A DNA stretch of 64,000 nt from Octopus sinensis (Eukaryota): assembly GCF_006345805.1 (NCBI RefSeq), contig NC_042998.1:149420001-149484000 (forward strand). The letters are read 5' to 3'. Both the position numbers and the translations under genes were made by a program. Below the pieces are notes generated by a model. It was not told the DNA's origin. It searched no databases and worked only from the letters and a program-made list of their open reading frames with translations. This document shows positions 63,811 through 64,000 of this stretch, one piece after another; within the stretch, counting starts at the first letter, position 1, and each line of letters opens with the position of its first letter.

Positions 63811-64000
63811 GTGACGTTCACTCTATTTGCTAATGTAGAGACGAATGAATCACTAAGTAAATATACATGATTATATATTTGTAGGTAGGGAAAATAAAAT
63901 TGCTTGGAGTGGTTAAATAGATCAGAGGTACAATCTGTTGTGAAAAAGAATAGTTGTTAGAGTTAATTTATTCATAAAATTATTTCGAATTAGAAAATTA

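Overview
AT-rich, microsatellite-saturated eukaryotic DNA with one 100-N gap (6854-6953). The SINE families resemble those I recognise from octopus genomes (inference from repeat content, no database check). I find no confident host gene; almost all ORF-track entries are translations of (TA)n, (CA)n, (TATG)n, (TAA)n or (CT)n tracts. The window is a transposon graveyard: three large R4/Dong-type non-LTR retrotransposons (RT plus restriction-like endonuclease), two bracketed by (TAA)n; four Penelope-like element (PLE) remnants, the best keeping RT plus GIY-YIG; two internally deleted mariners; several non-autonomous Helitrons; RTE and L1/Tx1 3' ends; and more than 20 SINE copies in at least three families. 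The main discovery is a dense population of about 16 type I hammerhead-ribozyme (HHR) motifs in at least seven sequence families of short non-coding elements, mostly abutting (TA)n tracts. One family is demonstrably the 3' terminal repeat of the PLE at 23.6-25.7 kb. All four long fold-back (inverted-repeat) elements in the window carry HHRs, three of them one per arm. The cores show recurrent non-canonical variants: a compensatory U3-A8 pair, U4C in three families and A6U in three copies of one family. This looks like a diverse retrozyme-like, PLE-mobilised ribozyme system. All folds were traced by eye and need in vitro and computational confirmation.
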